Assembly (NCBI GenBank): GCA_051294905.1
Contig: CM119372.1
Location: 3,722,001 to 3,782,000 of the forward strand
Length of the DNA: 60,000 nt
Source of the DNA: Botryllus schlosseri
Taxonomy: Eukaryota
Direction: 5' to 3'
Shown here: in pieces, positions 13,040 through 25,300 of the stretch
Layout of the letters: each line of letters begins with the position of its first letter
Numbering within the stretch: the stretch's first letter is position 1
The notes under the pieces: model-generated
Database searches by the model: none
What the model saw: the letters and a program-made list of their open reading frames with translations, nothing else
Told to the model about the DNA's origin: nothing
Translations under genes and position numbers: made by a program

Positions 13040-14366
13040 ATTTGGCTAGTTGATTCACAATGCTGCATAGTATGACACCAGACAAAATTTTATACTCCTT
13101 GACTCTTCCGATCAGCTGTTCAATATGAATACGTTGTCTAGCCATCTTTCTTGTTGTGGAACAGTCTGGCTCAGGCATTTGGCGGTGTGCCAAATCATGT
13201 GCAGGAATATTTAAATCTAGATTCAATTTCTTGATTTCAGACTCAATCCCTTTTCTGCCATGATCGCATTTCCTGGTTCACCATAGCTGAACTCCATCAT
13301 TGTCTCACATTTCTTGTCGAATCCACATATTTCACTAATATTTCGATCTGAAATGGTCCCTGTGAACAGTTCAGTTCCTGCACAAAAGTAAGTGCACCAC
13401 AATCCATCAATCCTTTCAAAGTTGTATGTGATTTATTGACAGTCAATAATCATTCTAGTTTTGAGTAATCATGAATGAATGCAAATGGTGCCTTTTTAAG
13501 AACCACATATCTACATGGCCAAATCGAAATCTAATGAAGCAGTTATATACGGTTGACCCAATGGTTTAATACTATGCTTACAGCAATACCATAAATTTGA
13601 CGTCAGTAGGATAAGTCGGGCAATTCAGAAAGAATTTAATGTAGTCTAGCATAAAATTTCAGCTTCTCCGCATCTTTTGACATTATGATGCTCCTCTGAG
13701 AACTATACTTCACTAGCAATAATTGTCCGTCAATTTGTAATTTTCCTGGACGGGTTTCCTGTTTTGTGCTTCTACTTCTTCCAGAAATTTGATTTTCTCG
13801 CGTTTTATCCATCAAATTCCTCTTTCTGCAGCTTCATATAAGATATCCATCAAGCCTGCACAAAATATAAAATATGTTTATTTTACAGAGCAACACTGCT
13901 GTGCAGCCACCTATCAAGGCGTACTCGTCCGACTCATGCAACGTATCAGCGCTACCAATTTCAACTATTCATCTCATTATTGAATATATTGCTCTCCACA
14001 GTTTCAATCCATTACACACCATCAAGCAACAAAACTGGAGTGGAATAAAACGAGACACACTCCAAGTCGATTGTGCATCAAGTGTGACTGCATTTCAGAT
14101 TGGACTCATTTTGACATTTTGAAACACAGAATTGTTTCATCTAAATTATGTCACGATTCCATATTTTTGGTGCAATAATAGATATGTCATTTTATTAATA
14201 AAATGAGAATTCAGATGACTATAAGGAAGTCCACATGCCTTTATCCAGATTTTACATTCTTCCATGCATGTTATTGGCTCTGGGAAAGGTACAAGCGCGC
14301 ACCAGGAACGGTCTGGGTAGCCATCTCCAAGTTACGCAGGCTATTAGCGCAGTGGTTATCCGTCAT
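13040..14366 (-). pseudogene. THAP-domain + DDE_Tnp_4 transposase, disrupted
   Basis: Fragments in order: MTDNHC..., VPFPEPITCMEECKIWIKACGLP (THAP FP..W motif), TRMIIDC, KSHTTLKGL, ELFTGTISDRNI, PGNAIMAEKG, LNIPA, TTRKMARQRIHIEQLIGRVKEYKIL (matches RIHVERxIGRxK). Many frameshifts and stops. Confidence 0.8.
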
Positions 14367-15748
14367 TTGTCCTGATTGATTCAATACATGAGTTAGAACA
14401 AAAAATGACGATTTCAGCTGGGAACGGATCATGTTGCCTAACATATATCATATTCATATGATCATTGAATATGCAGACAAGTGTCCAGTGTAACAGTAAT
14501 TTGCTAGATAATGATGCAGACTGTAGACTGTACTATACGATTTCATAAATAGAACGCTTATTATAACACCAAGCCCACATACTGAATACCCCACATATCC
14601 TGACTCAAGATTAATCTAATACATGCCTTCGGTACGACAATCGCATTGTGTACGACTAAGGACTAAGGATAATACAGCAATAGTTGCTTCATCCAAAAAG
14701 TTGTCAGAAATCCATTCATTTGGACATACCATGCTGATGAGTGCTTGCCACCATTCATGTTTATTGTAGGTTAGAACACTGCAAATACATACTAGCTCTA
14801 CGTTATTACCATTCACCAAAGCCCGCTATTCCCAATTCAATGTAATTTTGCGAAAAACCTTCATTTTCAACCCTTTTCCATAAGCGCTCATAGTGAGATT
14901 GCCCAGCCTTGTTCTTTGTTTACATCCTGCTGCAACCTGATTGGTTCGTGTCAAAGGTCACGTAAGTGTCTATTAGTAATTTGGTGGCGGTGAGATTGGC
15001 CGTTGTCTGCTCAGTGATCTAATTATATAAAAGCTAGTCTGGACCCGGTGCAGTACCAGTTTGATCTGGCCTAAGGCCGTACAGGTTTCACATGAGCTTA
15101 ATCTAACATTCGCACGCTCTTCCCGTAAAGTAGATATAGACTGTGGTATAATAGTGGCCAATGAAACCGCGCTATTTTTTCTTTAAAAAAATGTAGAAAA
15201 TCGGCGTCATTATTGATAAAGTACGAGAAGTGGTTTGGGTTTTACGCCTAGAAAGGGTGAGCGATCCTCGAATTCGCTATCTTATTAGGGATGTGCTGTC
15301 TTGCATATACCTCCCATAGGCTGTTAATTTTTGTCTGTTTTATACACTTGATCCCCTGGCCACTATATGGTCGGCGTTTGCTCTGTGATTAATGCTGTGC
15401 AGAGTGCACTGTGAGGTGCGTGGTGTTGATTGTGCTGTCAAATGTTGATGTGGCACGGGATTCGCGGCGGCGCGAATTCTGAGTTTGTTCAAGTAGTTTG
15501 AATTAAAGTAGATTAGCTGAGCGGACTTTTTCGGGCGAGGCGATATCGCGGATCGAATTTCAAACCATCGGGATTTGCAATTCTGGTGAAATAAGATCGC
15601 GGCAATAACGATGTTGCGCCATATGGTCACTGTATAATGAAATCCGCATGAACCCACTGCCGCTTCCTGACTGAGAGTTTCGAGAACAATCGTTCTAAGG
15701 TAACTGGGATATAATCCCGTGCGGCCGAAATGATTTTATAATGGACTA

Positions 15749-15847
15749 CAGACATGGGGCAATCGCGATTAGTAATCGTAATCGATTACGACGATTACAG
15801 CATTTTGAAGTAATCGTAATCGCAATCGATTACATTCGAAAAAATTC
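15749..15847 (-). mobile_element. Truncated 99-bp terminal fragment of the same hAT-type element
   Basis: CAGACATGGGGCAATCGCGATTAG...CGAAAAAATTC matches 16028-16126 with one mismatch; it is preceded by ATGGACTA. Confidence 0.92.
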
Positions 15848-16027
15848 TACAGCCTGATTTACAGCCTATATATGTGTAGGCGAGTTTCTGTTGTTAAGTG
15901 CTTAGTTGGTCCATCTATTTTGCTTGATTTGGCTATGGTACCATAGGTCCCCCACCCCATAAATATTGTAATTGACTTGAAAATAGTCCACCCGAGGATG
16001 GTATTGATTCAAAAAATATGTGCCATT

Positions 16028-19000
16028 CAGACATGGGGTAATCGCGATTAGTAATCGTAATCGATTACGACGATTACAGCATTTTGAAGTAATCGTAATC
16101 GCAATCGATTACATTCGAAAAAATTCCGAAGTAATCGTAATCGTAATCGACTACTTCCCATATCTAATCGATTTTTTTGTGAAAGAACGATTACTTTTTG
16201 TTTGTACAAGTACTGTGACATAAACTGAATATTCGTGAACAAGAATGAGATTTAATACCGCGTTAGCGATAGCACAATCGTCTGTTTTCAAACGCCACTG
16301 ACTCATTATTACGTCAGAAGTATTAGGTCCGCTCGTCATTGCGTAAGAAGTATCCACACACAGTAAACAGACATGCGATGGACAATTGGACATTGTAGTG
16401 TGATTGTAAGAACACCACCCGTGGTGTATATCAGGTTATCAATACACTACAGAAGCCCCTACCTCGCAGCAGGATATTGATCACCACTCTATAGTTTCAA
16501 ATAGTAACTTATGTATTGATGTTTGGTTGTGCTTAGTTAAACGCAGTTTACCGTTGCTGCTTGGCGAGCAGGAGGTCTACGTGCGCACCTGCACCTGACG
16601 AAGATTCGGAATTTTGTACTCGTCGAATAAAACATTGCAGTTTCCACAACGAAGCATTACAAATAAACAGCTGCTGATATATATCATAACCGAGCCGTGC
16701 TTAGCCGTTTCTCGTAACAGCAGCTCGCAGTATATGTATTAAGTTGAAGGCAGAAATTTTATGTTTACAATATCTTATTCTCATATAACTACTTGAAACA
16801 GGCGTCAATCGTTATTTAACAGTTCGTTACTCAGCATCTCGACCTGCCTCCATAACCACCCGCTTATATAGACTGACATGTTATCGGTGGGTTGCAGCTA
16901 GAATCAGCAATTCAGCCAAAACAGCAATTCGTCCACCTGTCTAACCGTTGGTCAATTTTCATAACTGAATTTCGTCAATAATATTGGTAATTGCATTATA
17001 TTACTATTCATTTATAACCTCTCTCAGCCCCGAGTGTCAGATTTACCTGTAGAGATTGGGCACGTAATTCATAATCATATAGCATCTGGTATGTTGTTAT
17101 AATTACTTTATTGTATGTTGTTAATTCGCGACCTCCAGTCTGTTGTATAATCAAAAGATATTGTACTCGCCCAAACGTAGCAGACTAAAAGAATATCTTT
17201 CGTGAGACGCACACACAAATTGTCATGGCTTTATTCCTTTGTCGATGCGCCGGGTGGCATTTGCATTGTGGGCCCAGATTGGAAGGACAGGAATTATTAG
17301 TCACGCCCACCCAGCGCGGCTATTGACAATGGACGAATACCCTAAGTTTCGGCCAAGGTATTTCTTTGGTATCACACAGTGTTGGGATGACTCGAGTCAG
17401 ACTCGAGTCTCCTTTTTCGTATGACTTGACTTGACTCGAGTCACTTTGCTAAAATGACTTGACTTGACTTGACTCGGCGTATCAGAAATGTGGATTGACT
17501 CGTGACTCGCAGCAAAATTCACTAGTCAATTTCAAGTCGTCAAGTAATCGGTGTCGATAAAAATCGCTGTATCTTGCATATGTTCGGATTGTTCGCGAAA
17601 CGCAGGTGTAACCCGTGAGAGCGACCAAGCATTCGATGATCGTGCGTTTTACTGAGCCTCCATTGTTCTCTCACAAATAAATTGACCGCAAGCGAAGTGA
17701 TCGAAGCTTACGTTGTCGTAAACTAGTACAGTAAAGTAATTTAATAGCAAAATGTATATTTCTGTTCTCTGTTCGTACCTTAACCAAACCTCTTGTTTTA
17801 TTGAAATTGAATTAGAATATAGTTGATAGAGTAGGACAATATAGCGCCATTGGCGCAGGCTCGAATTATACCATATCAATTTAAAAATGAGTAATGTATT
17901 GCATCTTATCAATTTGTTTCTCCATTCTCTATTTTGGCTGGTAACTATAAACTTAGGCTATGCAATTACTTAGGTAGTTCAGCTGTTCTACGTATATGTA
18001 AGCGATACAGCGTGTATATTAAACTCTATATTCGTTCATCGGTTCAAAATCAATGACCACTCAATCTGTATATCAGACAGCTAGCAAAATGCAATGACGT
18101 AATCATGTCTCATACTTCGAAAAGGTAACTTGACTTGAATCGTGACTTAACTCGTGACTTGACTTGACTTGACTCGACTTGACTCGAGACACCTCCAAAA
18201 ATCGAGTGACTTGACTTGACTCGAGTCACCTTCGAAAATCGATTGACTTGACTTGACTCGAGTCAAAGTGTGCAATGACTCGAAATGACTCGTGACTTGG
18301 AGGTAGTGACTTGATCCCAACACTGGTATCACATCCCATGGAGTTGCGTGTTGGCCGAAACTGCATATGCCTTTTGGTGTGTTGTGGGATCGTGGCGCGG
18401 TAATGACCGGCTCCGAAATGCCTGTTCCCATAAAATAGCCTATGCATGTTTTTTCTTGAGGGGAAGAGGTATTCATTTCAAACCCAGCTATCTACTGGAG
18501 CAAGGCTCACCAACCGTTTTGAAACAAAAAGCTACTTCTTGTGTAGTGTGTACTGATTATTGCGACGACCGACGGGTTACCTTACCACTTACTCCCGCCG
18601 ATTATCCGTGTTCAGTTGGATTTCTTCACTTAGAGTAAGACAATCAGAGCACTGGGCCGGGTTTCCGCCCCTTACCAAAAACAAAAAACGCTCACTCGCC
18701 GGGACTCACACCAGCTCCTCCGGGATCAGTTGCGTTGCTGCAGTGCGCTTCGAAGCGCCAATCTCCGCGTCGAGACTCGGGAATATTAGGCTAACTATAG
18801 ATTCCCGTTGAGCCGCCGCGTGGGCGAACACAAGCAATGCCCCGAGCGACTGCGTTCGTATGTTCCTTGGGGTCGGCCGACCCATGTTCAACTGCTGCTC
18901 ATATGAAACCAGTTTCAACTTACAAATCTCTCATTTGGATATTTGCTACAGCGACCGTGGGCGACTCATTTGGTCCGCGTTGGTGACCCCTGCACTAGAG

Positions 19001-19508
19001 ACATTTGAATCGCAAAGCTCGAAGAAAATTTTCAAGGAGTAATTAAATTCTCGAAAATACTCTATAATTTATGTTGGTTTACCAAATACTTTTGAGTCCC
19101 CTTCGAGCACGCTCCCCGCCCTATTAAGGAATATGGGGTGCGGCAGGTAAAGACCTGGCAATAATGCAAATCGTTGGGTGCGATAAATCATCCACTATAA
19201 AGTTGGGCAATTGGTGTATTATGACGTAATAAGCAAATGACACATGATGTATGAAGAGAGTTGATATCTCATTAAGCCTTTTCATCGCAATCCTTGTATT
19301 GTCTTCCAATATATCATTTAAGATTATAGTCCTAAGAAGCAAAACAGATGTAATCGTGAGTAATCGTGATTACTTTTCCAATGTAATCGTAATCGTAATC
19401 GACTACTTCCTGATTTTGCTGTAATCGTAATCGTAATCGTAATCGCGTGATTCCGAAGTAATCGTAATCGCAATCGATTACATTCATGAAGTAATCACCC
19501 CATGTCTG
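16028..19508 (-). mobile_element. Non-autonomous hAT-type DNA transposon, copy 2
   Basis: Same TIRs as copy 1; perfect 8-bp TSD GTGCCATT at 16020-16027 and 19509-19516. Confidence 0.93.
17377..18325. mobile_element. Mirror copy of the nested GAGTC-repeat MITE in copy 2
   Basis: TIR CAGTGTTGGGAT...ATCCCAACACTG; TSD GTATCACA on both sides. Confidence 0.92.
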
Positions 19509-19808
19509 GTGCCATTATATACCCTGATAAAGCCCTGTACTTCACATCAAAAATTATGGCGGGTTTGTTAGTCTGAAAGGTGATATAGAAAAATGCAAAT
19601 GTCAATCCAAATTTACTTTACACCCCCAAAAACGTAAATCATTCGTCACAGACCCCATAACTTACGCAGGTCGAATTTTTTTGCATGTGAGTGAAGATTC
19701 TGTCAGCATGAAATCGTAGACAAATTCACGGAGTGTAATCATGGAATTATCATGGAGAATTGTTCAAGTATTTTCGGTCCCGGTGATCCATCGGTACCAC
19801 ATCTCCCC
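19509..19808. mobile_element. Other half of the split TA-flanked element
   Basis: Ends in TGATCCATCGGTACCACATCTCCCC|TA, identical to 10127-10154. Confidence 0.7.
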
Positions 19809-20226
19809 TACCACTACGTCTCATCAGAGTCGGATGAAAAGCTTTATGTAGCCTACGTATAATCAACTAATATGAATTTATTTTTTAGCGATTAACACAA
19901 CAAATATTACTAAACTTACATTATTTCTAAAATTTTCCAAATAGCTCTGTGGCCCACCTCAAATGCTCTTGTGGCCCACCCTTTCAGAACCCCCGCCCTA
20001 AGCTATATCCACAGGCCGGATATGATACAGAAAACACTCACGCAGGACTCGAGAACATTCCGATTACTGCGACCATGAATTTCACAAAATTTTGTTTGGG
20101 CTCATATTTTTCTTATTTTTAAATCCCGCATAAAGAACCTACGTATAGTCGTTACATTTGGCGAGCTGTAAGAATGAAAGTCTCTTGTTGAGACGCATAC
20201 GGTAATTTGAAGATCTTCTTGAGTCG

Positions 20227-20909
20227 CAGGACCGTAACTGCGGCACCCTATACCCCCCAATTAGGGGGGCGAGCTCGAAGGGGGCCCAAAATTATTTTGT
20301 GAATTAACATAAATTATAGAGTATTTCTCTGGAAATTCAGGAAATTTTTCGCGCTGCGCGCGATTTCATGTTGCCACATAACTTGATTATTGGGTACCCT
20401 TTCATTTTTGCCAATAAAGAAACACCAATTTGAAATCGTTTACGTTTAGGCTAGTTTAGTAGGTTTGGGCGATTTCAATATCTTTCGACATAGCAGACAG
20501 GAGGTCACGAAATAGCATCATGTAGCTAAGTCATTATACCAACGGGTCCGCCCGAAAATTTTGATTATTATTTAGGGATCCTACCTTTTCCAACACACCC
20601 CATTCAGCTCTACCGGTAAATCTGATTACATGAACAGATCGAGGATATAAAATCGATAGCAGTAGGCTATATATGCAATTCCCGATCATATTGACCGATG
20701 CAGTCATGAATGATAGAAAATTTTCGCGCTTAGCTTGTTCAGGCGATATCAGCTAACTCACTGAACAGAACTGCCAGTGTCTCTCAAAAGCAGCGGCAAA
20801 ATGCCTATAGCGCAAGGGGGGCGAAGCCCCCCAGAAGTTCGGTTTATCACCCTATGTGGGGCCGAAGACCAACGTTTTGGGGGGCTGACGAAGTGCTGTT
20901 AGGGTCCAG
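20227..20909. mobile_element. Old MITE-like element (related segment at about 40515-40600)
   Basis: Imperfect termini CAGGACCGTAAC...GTTAGGGTCCAG; the block GGTTTATCAC...GGGGGCTGACGAAGTGCTGTTA is shared with 40533-40600. Confidence 0.5.
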
Positions 20910-22380
20910 TGGTGGTCTGGTTTTGCTAAATTTTATTGCTTAGGCTACTCGTGTGGATATAGTTTCAGACTGGGCTATTTTACTTCCATTTAATTACCAA
21001 CTTTCGAGGCAAAACGACATACTTTTACACACTTGAGATTTTGTAGGGTATAGAATAGTTTTGAGATTGGTTTGCATCACTTTTACGGGTACAACTGTCA
21101 TTGAAACCCAACGGAACAGCCCAGTGGTTCTCAAGCGTGATTAAACTGCTCAGGGTGCCCCGAAAAAATGGGGTAAACAAGGTTCTGGCCGACATAACAC
21201 AATTAGGATATCCTAACTCTGAGTAGCATTTGGGAAGTAATAACTAAAAAGATAATCACCGGCAATGATGACGCCGTGGTATTAGCGTATACTCAACGGT
21301 GGTGTCATGCAGACTGGACGTGGACAACTGGACATGTGTAGAAAAAGACGTTTCTAGCAATTGAATCATTTTGTTAGATTCGTTATTGTCGATCTGTCAA
21401 CTTACAGAAAGTCGGTATTGATCTGCGTTGACGTTGCGAGCGTTGACTAACCTCGGTGGGAGACAGGATTTGCTTTAGTATGACTCGATGATGCCATCCA
21501 AACCTGTCCCACGTTTGGAGGTGATACCCCATGATTAGGGTGGCGATTTCGTTATCGAAGTGGAGTATAATGGTGTGCAATGCTATTTTACCAAGCTACA
21601 CACTGTTCGCGGTGCAGAGACCAAGACATTTTGTTGTATCAAAAAAAACCATCCAGGGCTTTGGTGCGAACATGAATCAATGATTTCTTCGCGCAGTGTT
21701 GAAAATCATTGGTACGGAGTAACATTATTGCCTCTATAAAGTTCTCTATTTACCTAGCACCTTGAATCAAAGTTCATGATACGGAATGCGGACTAACGTC
21801 TCTTCGCACTGAATTGTGTTCATGTCAGGATATATTTTACAAACAACTAAATCCCTCTCTATTTGAATTTCCCTTAGAGCTCCGGTTCCAAAGCCCAGAT
21901 CCCACCACAGTCGCAGAATCTCAGCAGCTCTGCCACAACACCATAATCAGATTAATTAGCTCACCAGCAAAAGCAAAAAGATCGTATCATATCTACACTC
22001 CATCGGATTCGCATCCTTACAAAACATCCTACTACTGCCGCATCGTTCTTGAAGACAAAATCTAAGTATTTGACCTACAGAAATGACCGTTTTTGAAGCT
22101 GTATAGTGTATATTGTACATATTTTAAACGACGCTACTAAATTACACAGGATATTCGCTCACGATTGATGGTTTGCCAAAGCGTCTGTAATCATAACAAT
22201 TACATGGTCAGAGACACAACACCACGATAACGCGTTATATCAAGCAGACAGTTTGACAGGGTTATGATAGGACCCCGGTTCGAAAAACAAGCCCAAAAGA
22301 TTTGTTGCACAGATAGAACGATAGTACAAAAACCATCCAATTCAAGGTCCATGATCCTTTCAGCATCGTCAAACGGAAAT

Positions 22381-25300
22381 TCAATAAGGGGGTTGTTGAT
22401 GAGGATAAGGTCCTGGCTGTGGCGGGTATCCTGGCTGCTGCGGGTAGCCTGGGTACTGCCCGGGCTGCGGAGGGTATGGTGTCATGCCCGGTTGCTGATA
22501 ACCCATCTGGGGTGGTTGTGGGGGGTAACCGGGTGCCCCAGGTGGCGGAGCGTAGTATGGGCCTGCTGGATAAGGCGCGTACCCAGGTTGAGGATATCCG
22601 CCGTACGGAGGCATGGTATGGTACCTGTAGTAGTTGAATATTATATACAATTGTACATTTTTGAATAAAATAGTTGTACAATGTACATAGTTGAAATATA
22701 CACCTGTGGCGGACTTTCACGAACATCACCGATCAAGTTAGTTAACTAACTTCTGTAGTTTTGAGTAGTTGTAGTTTTAGCTGCAAATTTTCTGAAGCCA
22801 GTGGTTCTAATTTCAAGCTGCAGGTTTTGAAAAGTGAGTGATTCCAGTTCTAGTTCTAAATTTTGAAAACTAAGTAATTCGTACAAGTCTGGCCAGGAGT
22901 AACTTTCACCACATAGTAGCGAATCGGAAGGAACATTTTGACTTCATGATTCGTGACACAACTGTCGGCATACAATATACGATTATGCCGGAATTGGAAT
23001 TGAGCCAAATTTGGTGTGCAGGCTTCAATTAGATCACTTAACAATTTTATCAAGTAGCCAGTAGAATTTAAGAAAAAAAGTCATTTTTGAACACGGCCTA
23101 ATGCGTATATTATCCTTGAAAGGTATATTGAAGTTCTGACCTCAAAGAGTATCTTCAAATACACTTGAAATATACCCAAAATACACAGCATTATAGTCAG
23201 GTTCGACATGAACAGCCAAAACTACGAGTAGCCTAGCCACAAAATTTGTTGACCAAAGAAAACGTCAACACTTCATCCCAGTCCTAATTACGGCCTCATT
23301 ACCATCAAGAATAGTTGGGACTTTAATTCTTAGACTATTGCGAGTATAGAAAATATGACAAACAAAGGACAAGGAAAGTATAGCAACCCTGATTATAGTG
23401 CACCTGGCACCAAAAGGCACCGTGCAGATGCAAAACTTACCCTGGATAGCCTTGGGGAGGCTGGTAGCCGGATGGCGGTTGAGACGGGGCCGTCGATGGA
23501 GGTGCCCCAGATGGCGGGGCTGTGGCAGCAGCATTCGGTTGGGCAGGCGGAGCTGCGTTCCTCCTATTACAAAGAGTTGTGTTTGCTTCAGCCTGACTAA
23601 CAATGATTTGACCACTCGAATCTGAATTTAGTATTAATTCGAATGATTCGATAATTATATTAAAGTCGAGTCATTTTCAATTCACGACAGAGTTCAAGTC
23701 AGTAGAGGGTCGGGTCCGAGTCATAGTGTTTTGACTCGAGTCCAAGTCATTATGCTCACTGTTCAGTTTTCAGTTCCAATCGGGTTCAACCCACTATATA
23801 GCTCGCATTCATTACAGTAATTTTCCTGGTCCTATTTTCCAAGTATCAGGACTGATGGAAGAAATACAAATAATGTGGTAACTTCACTATTCTTAGAAGT
23901 TACATTGAAATATCTGTCTTGGCCGCCCTAGTCTCGAGTCATATGACTTGGTTCGAGTCATGCGCAATGACTCGAGTACAAGTCGAGTCAATACAAAAGT
24001 TGACTCGAGTCGAGCCATTTTACGCATTTGACAAAATGACTGGAGTCAAGTCGAGTCACCATAAAATCACGACTCAAGTCATTACAACCCTGGTTCAACT
24101 CACTTCTCTGAAACTCTTCGGTGACATCGATCGCCCCGCATTCATAACATATATATTTTATCACTCTAAACGTGCATATTCAAAGTCGTAGTCGAGTCAA
24201 TACACAAATTGACTCAAGTAAGAACTTCACTAACTCACGGAAGGTATAACGCACAGACTGACCTTGGAGCCGCTACTGGCGTCTTCGACTCCGTGGTGGG
24301 AACAGAGGGAGGAGGGGGCCTGGGGGGCGCCTGTCGTACCTCATCGTGATAAGAGGGTGGTGGTCCTGACTCGGCCTTACTTTGAGTCACGATAGACTGC
24401 TGCATGTCCCTAAACGACACAAGAACGGTTTGTGATTGAAAATTTATTACTCGAAACACCTAAATTACAGACAAACACAAAAGGAATTGGCAAAGTACGA
24501 AACACAGAATTTGAAGAAACTCTCGGGGGCACAGAACTTCAATACACAACTGAATAATTATATATTCATATTGAATAAACTCGAATATTTTCGGCTGACA
24601 CTCGTCAGCAACTAGTAAAGAACATTGCATTTCAACAATCGTATAACCACATATGACGTCACCGGCATGAAATTTTGAATAATCAAGGCAAACAGATAGC
24701 TTATGCTCAGCTTAACGTGCTATTTTTAGATGGTACACAAACTCTGAAACACAGAATGCATCATAACGCCACCGTGATTAGAAATAATAAATTGAATGGT
24801 GTATGACGGAAATTAATTGCTTAAAACACACCTTTAACATGTATATTGGAAAGTATTTGGAAACTAGGAATCAAATACGGAATGTTGACTATGAAGAATG
24901 AATGGTAATGTCGAATGTGCAAATACGTATCGGTAAATAATATGAATTATATTGAATCTCTACCACAAGTAACGGGACCTTACAAAATGTACTATGAAAA
25001 TGGCAAGTGAATTAGTACTAGTATACTGTTATTGGAACTATAAACAGGGAATCAATCTGCCATGAACCGTCGCCAGAGACGTGGGTCTTCGTATAATGCC
25101 GTCATTCACATCCAACTAAAATAATACAAATAACTTTACAAACTACAACCAAGTATGAAGGTACGGTGAACACTGGACAAATTAAACGCCGACCTCGTAA
25201 AATGTCAATTTCTATTTTGATTTACAAGTAGTTAATTATTAGGGTCGAGCCCAATAATCCGAGCGGGCTTAGAGAGTTAGATAATTCTAGTTGTCTAATT

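Larger units (their letters stand above)
11595..15143. mobile_element. ISL2EU/Harbinger-like DNA transposon (decayed) with long TIRs
   Basis: TIRs CAGTCTATATCTAC... are identical over 217 bp (11595-11811 vs 14927-15143) and recognisable to about 470 bp. The interior has THAP and DDE_Tnp_4 remnants. There is no clean TSD (TGGG / TGGT). Confidence 0.85.
15855..19508. repeat. Right arm of the 3.65-kb inverted duplication
   Basis: Reverse complement of 6000-9655; consists of 173 bp of flank (15855-16027) plus the full hAT-type element. Confidence 0.97.

Noticed and set aside
6000..19508. Treating 6000-19508 as one Polinton or foldback element with 3.6-kb TIRs
   Set aside because: The outer flanks (TAGTCCAT vs GTGCCATT) are not a TSD, each arm has its own pair of hAT TIRs, and the swapped TSDs are better explained by inversion.
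22262..22729. Overlapping ORFs of 155, 134 and 72 aa
   Set aside because: These are shadow frames of the GC-rich last ALIX exon.
23564..23592. Alternative acceptor at 23593 for ALIX exon 19
   Set aside because: It shifts the frame ([10 protein letters not shown]...) and loses the Pro-rich tail; the acceptor at 23564 keeps the frame.
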